Below, one piece after another: positions 5,941 through 7,343 of a DNA stretch of 7,343 bases (position 1 is its first letter; each line of letters starts with the position of its first letter). The notes under the pieces are model-generated. The model saw only the letters and a program-made list of their open reading frames with translations. It ran no database searches and was not told the DNA's origin. The position numbers and the translations under genes are program-made. The DNA lies in contig NW_003314694.1 in NCBI RefSeq assembly GCF_000143415.4, positions 1 to 7,343 of the forward strand, in the 5' to 3' direction. The DNA comes from Selaginella moellendorffii. Lineage: Eukaryota; Plantae; Lycopodiophyta.

Positions 5941-7343
5941 TGATTGCGTCCCTAGCAAAACACTTAAGGTCTCTGCAAAGTGCGCAGACTGAGCTGAACG
6001 GCCAACCCTTGCATAAGGCCCTTGTCGATCGAACCCCATACAGGGTTCAGCTGGAGGAGGAGCAAAGGCTTGCAGTATCGCGTGGGGCCCCATGCCATCC
6101 CAGTGAATATGTTGGCCATCAGATTGTAGGGTTATCATGTGAGGCCTCATGCCATTCCGATGAGGCTGGTCGCCCGGTGAATGCACAGCCTCATCCAAAC
6201 GAAGCAGAATCTCAAGGAAGTTCTTGCGGCCGATGTGGCCTTCCACCCCATCTTCTGCTCCAAACAGACAATGCTGGCAGTGAGAACAAAAACATGTACG
6301 TCTTCGCGTACTTGGCGATGCTTGTTGCCAAAGGCATATTTGAAACGGTTACACTTGGCTTTCTCATGGTTGGGCACACTCATGAAGACGTTGATGCCAT
6401 GTTCAGTCACCTGGCAGAGTCCCTCCGGCGATCCAATGTCCTCACCCTCCCACAACTCTACGATGAATTCCAAAATTGCATCAAAGGCACTATTGAAGCT
6501 GCACTTCTGACAGAGGTTCCAAACTTTAAGGGGTTTGTAAGAGGCTACATCAGGGACGGATCCGAAACGCTGATTGGCCACTCCAAGCCTCTTCAGTTTC
6601 ATTTCAGCATGTGTGACGGTGCTCCAGTGATGAGGTACAAGATAAGAGAATGGGACACAGTGTGGCTGCCAGTGGACGGCATTGAACTCTTCAAGAGAGA
6701 TCCCATAACTGGGGAACCTATGATTCCTCAGGGTTCCCCACGGCCGATGCACCCGGATGGACTCAAAGACCAGGAAAGTATAGTGGCCGGGATTAGACAG
6801 CATATTGCCTTCTGGAAGAGGGGGTTGGTGTTTGGTGGAGAATCCTATTTTCAGAGGTGCAAGCCTTTGCTCGAATACTGGGAGAAGATTATATCTGCTA
6901 TCCAAAATGGGTCGGTTGTATATGAAGAATTGGAAGAGTCCTTTTGGCCAGAACCTAGAGCACCAGATAGTAGCGGAACAATGTCCTCTGGAAATGCAGT
7001 GACAGATAACGATGTTGAGGATCACTATTGTGGGCCGAGGAACAAGAAGCCGGATTCAGCATTCAATCCAGTACAGGTCTGCAAAGGAATGGTCGTGCTT
7101 GTCAGACCCAGTAATAAAAAACAAATGATATGGGTGGGGCGCTGCATCACTGATGCAGAGGAGGACGCGGAAACTAACTCCTTCAATGTAACTGTGGAGT
7201 GGTTCAAGCCAAGTTCCGGATATATGAACGATTGCCTAGAAAAGAGATGGGTGCTGAATCCAAGGGATCCCAGCATGAGCATATCGGTGGATAATGTTGT
7301 GCATGGTTGGATGCGGAAGTTTAGTGCCACCATCACCTTGCCA
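5925..7343 (+). CDS. Transposase-like protein, C-terminal part in frame +3 (missing from the ORF track because it has no stop in the window): catalytic core plus C-terminal BAH/Tudor-like domain
   Basis: Manual translation is stop-free for 473 codons: GGANMMIASLAKHLRSLQ...GLPPHLLLQTDNAGSENKNMYVFAYLAMLVAKGIFETVTLGFLMVGHTHEDVDAMFSHLAESLR...VPNFKGFV...LIGHSKPLQFHF...VCKGMVVLVRPSNKKQMIWVGRCIT...NVTVEWFKP...TITLP. Candidate catalytic Asp residues at 6267-6269 and 6393-6395. Confidence 0.85.

Larger units (their letters stand above)
23..6155. repeat. Dispersed 22-bp palindromic repeat family, consensus ATGGCRTGWGGCCWCAYGCCAT, about 14 copies
   Basis: Copies at 23-44, 1300-1321, 1337-1358 (degenerate), 1360-1381, 1437-1458, 3097-3118, 3169-3190 (partial), 3785-3806, 3883-3904 (perfect; extends to a 28-bp palindrome 3880-3907), 4126-4147, 4162-4183, 4232-4253, 6077-6098, 6134-6155. 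Confidence 0.95.
1..7343. mobile_element. Internal portion of a putative large two-gene DNA transposon (DUF7869/Sola-like transposase plus divergent ParB-like gene); termini not visible in window
   Basis: A transposase-like gene is on +, an accessory gene is on -, and the same 22-bp palindrome occurs in both genes on either side of the 850-N gap. No TIR or TSD identified, and both genes run off the window edges. Confidence 0.6.

Noticed and set aside
6147-7336. Minus-strand ORFs 6147..7025 (292 aa) and 7025..7336
   Set aside because: Antisense shadows of the transposase frame +3, with no recognisable motifs.

Overview
Eukaryotic, plant-like DNA: GT-AG introns, an Arabidopsis-type CCCTAAA tract, and two assembly gaps (1756-2605, 3938-4037). 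The window looks like the interior of a large, probably decaying DNA transposon with two divergent genes that the ORF track shows only in part. (1) Plus strand, 4336 to >7343: a DDD/RNase-H-fold transposase-like protein (DUF7869/Sola-like motifs IIHDKMDQ, LQTDNAGSENKN, FLMVGHTHEDVD). It has two N-terminal Tnp1/En/Spm-like domains and a C-terminal BAH/Tudor-like domain, and is split by one frameshift near 5920-5925. (2) Minus strand, about 1486 to <1: a spliced gene with a ParB/Sulfiredoxin-like (DGQHR-like) domain and one in-frame TAA at 630-632. The most striking feature is a 22-bp palindrome, consensus ATGGCRTGWGGCCWCAYGCCAT, found about 14 times across both genes. The copies lie in predicted introns, intergenic DNA and one low-complexity in-frame stretch of the transposase. 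A ParB-like gene plus dispersed palindromes plus a transposase suggests a parS/ParB-like or REP-like module on a eukaryotic transposon; this is a hypothesis. Family assignments come from motif recognition, not database searches.
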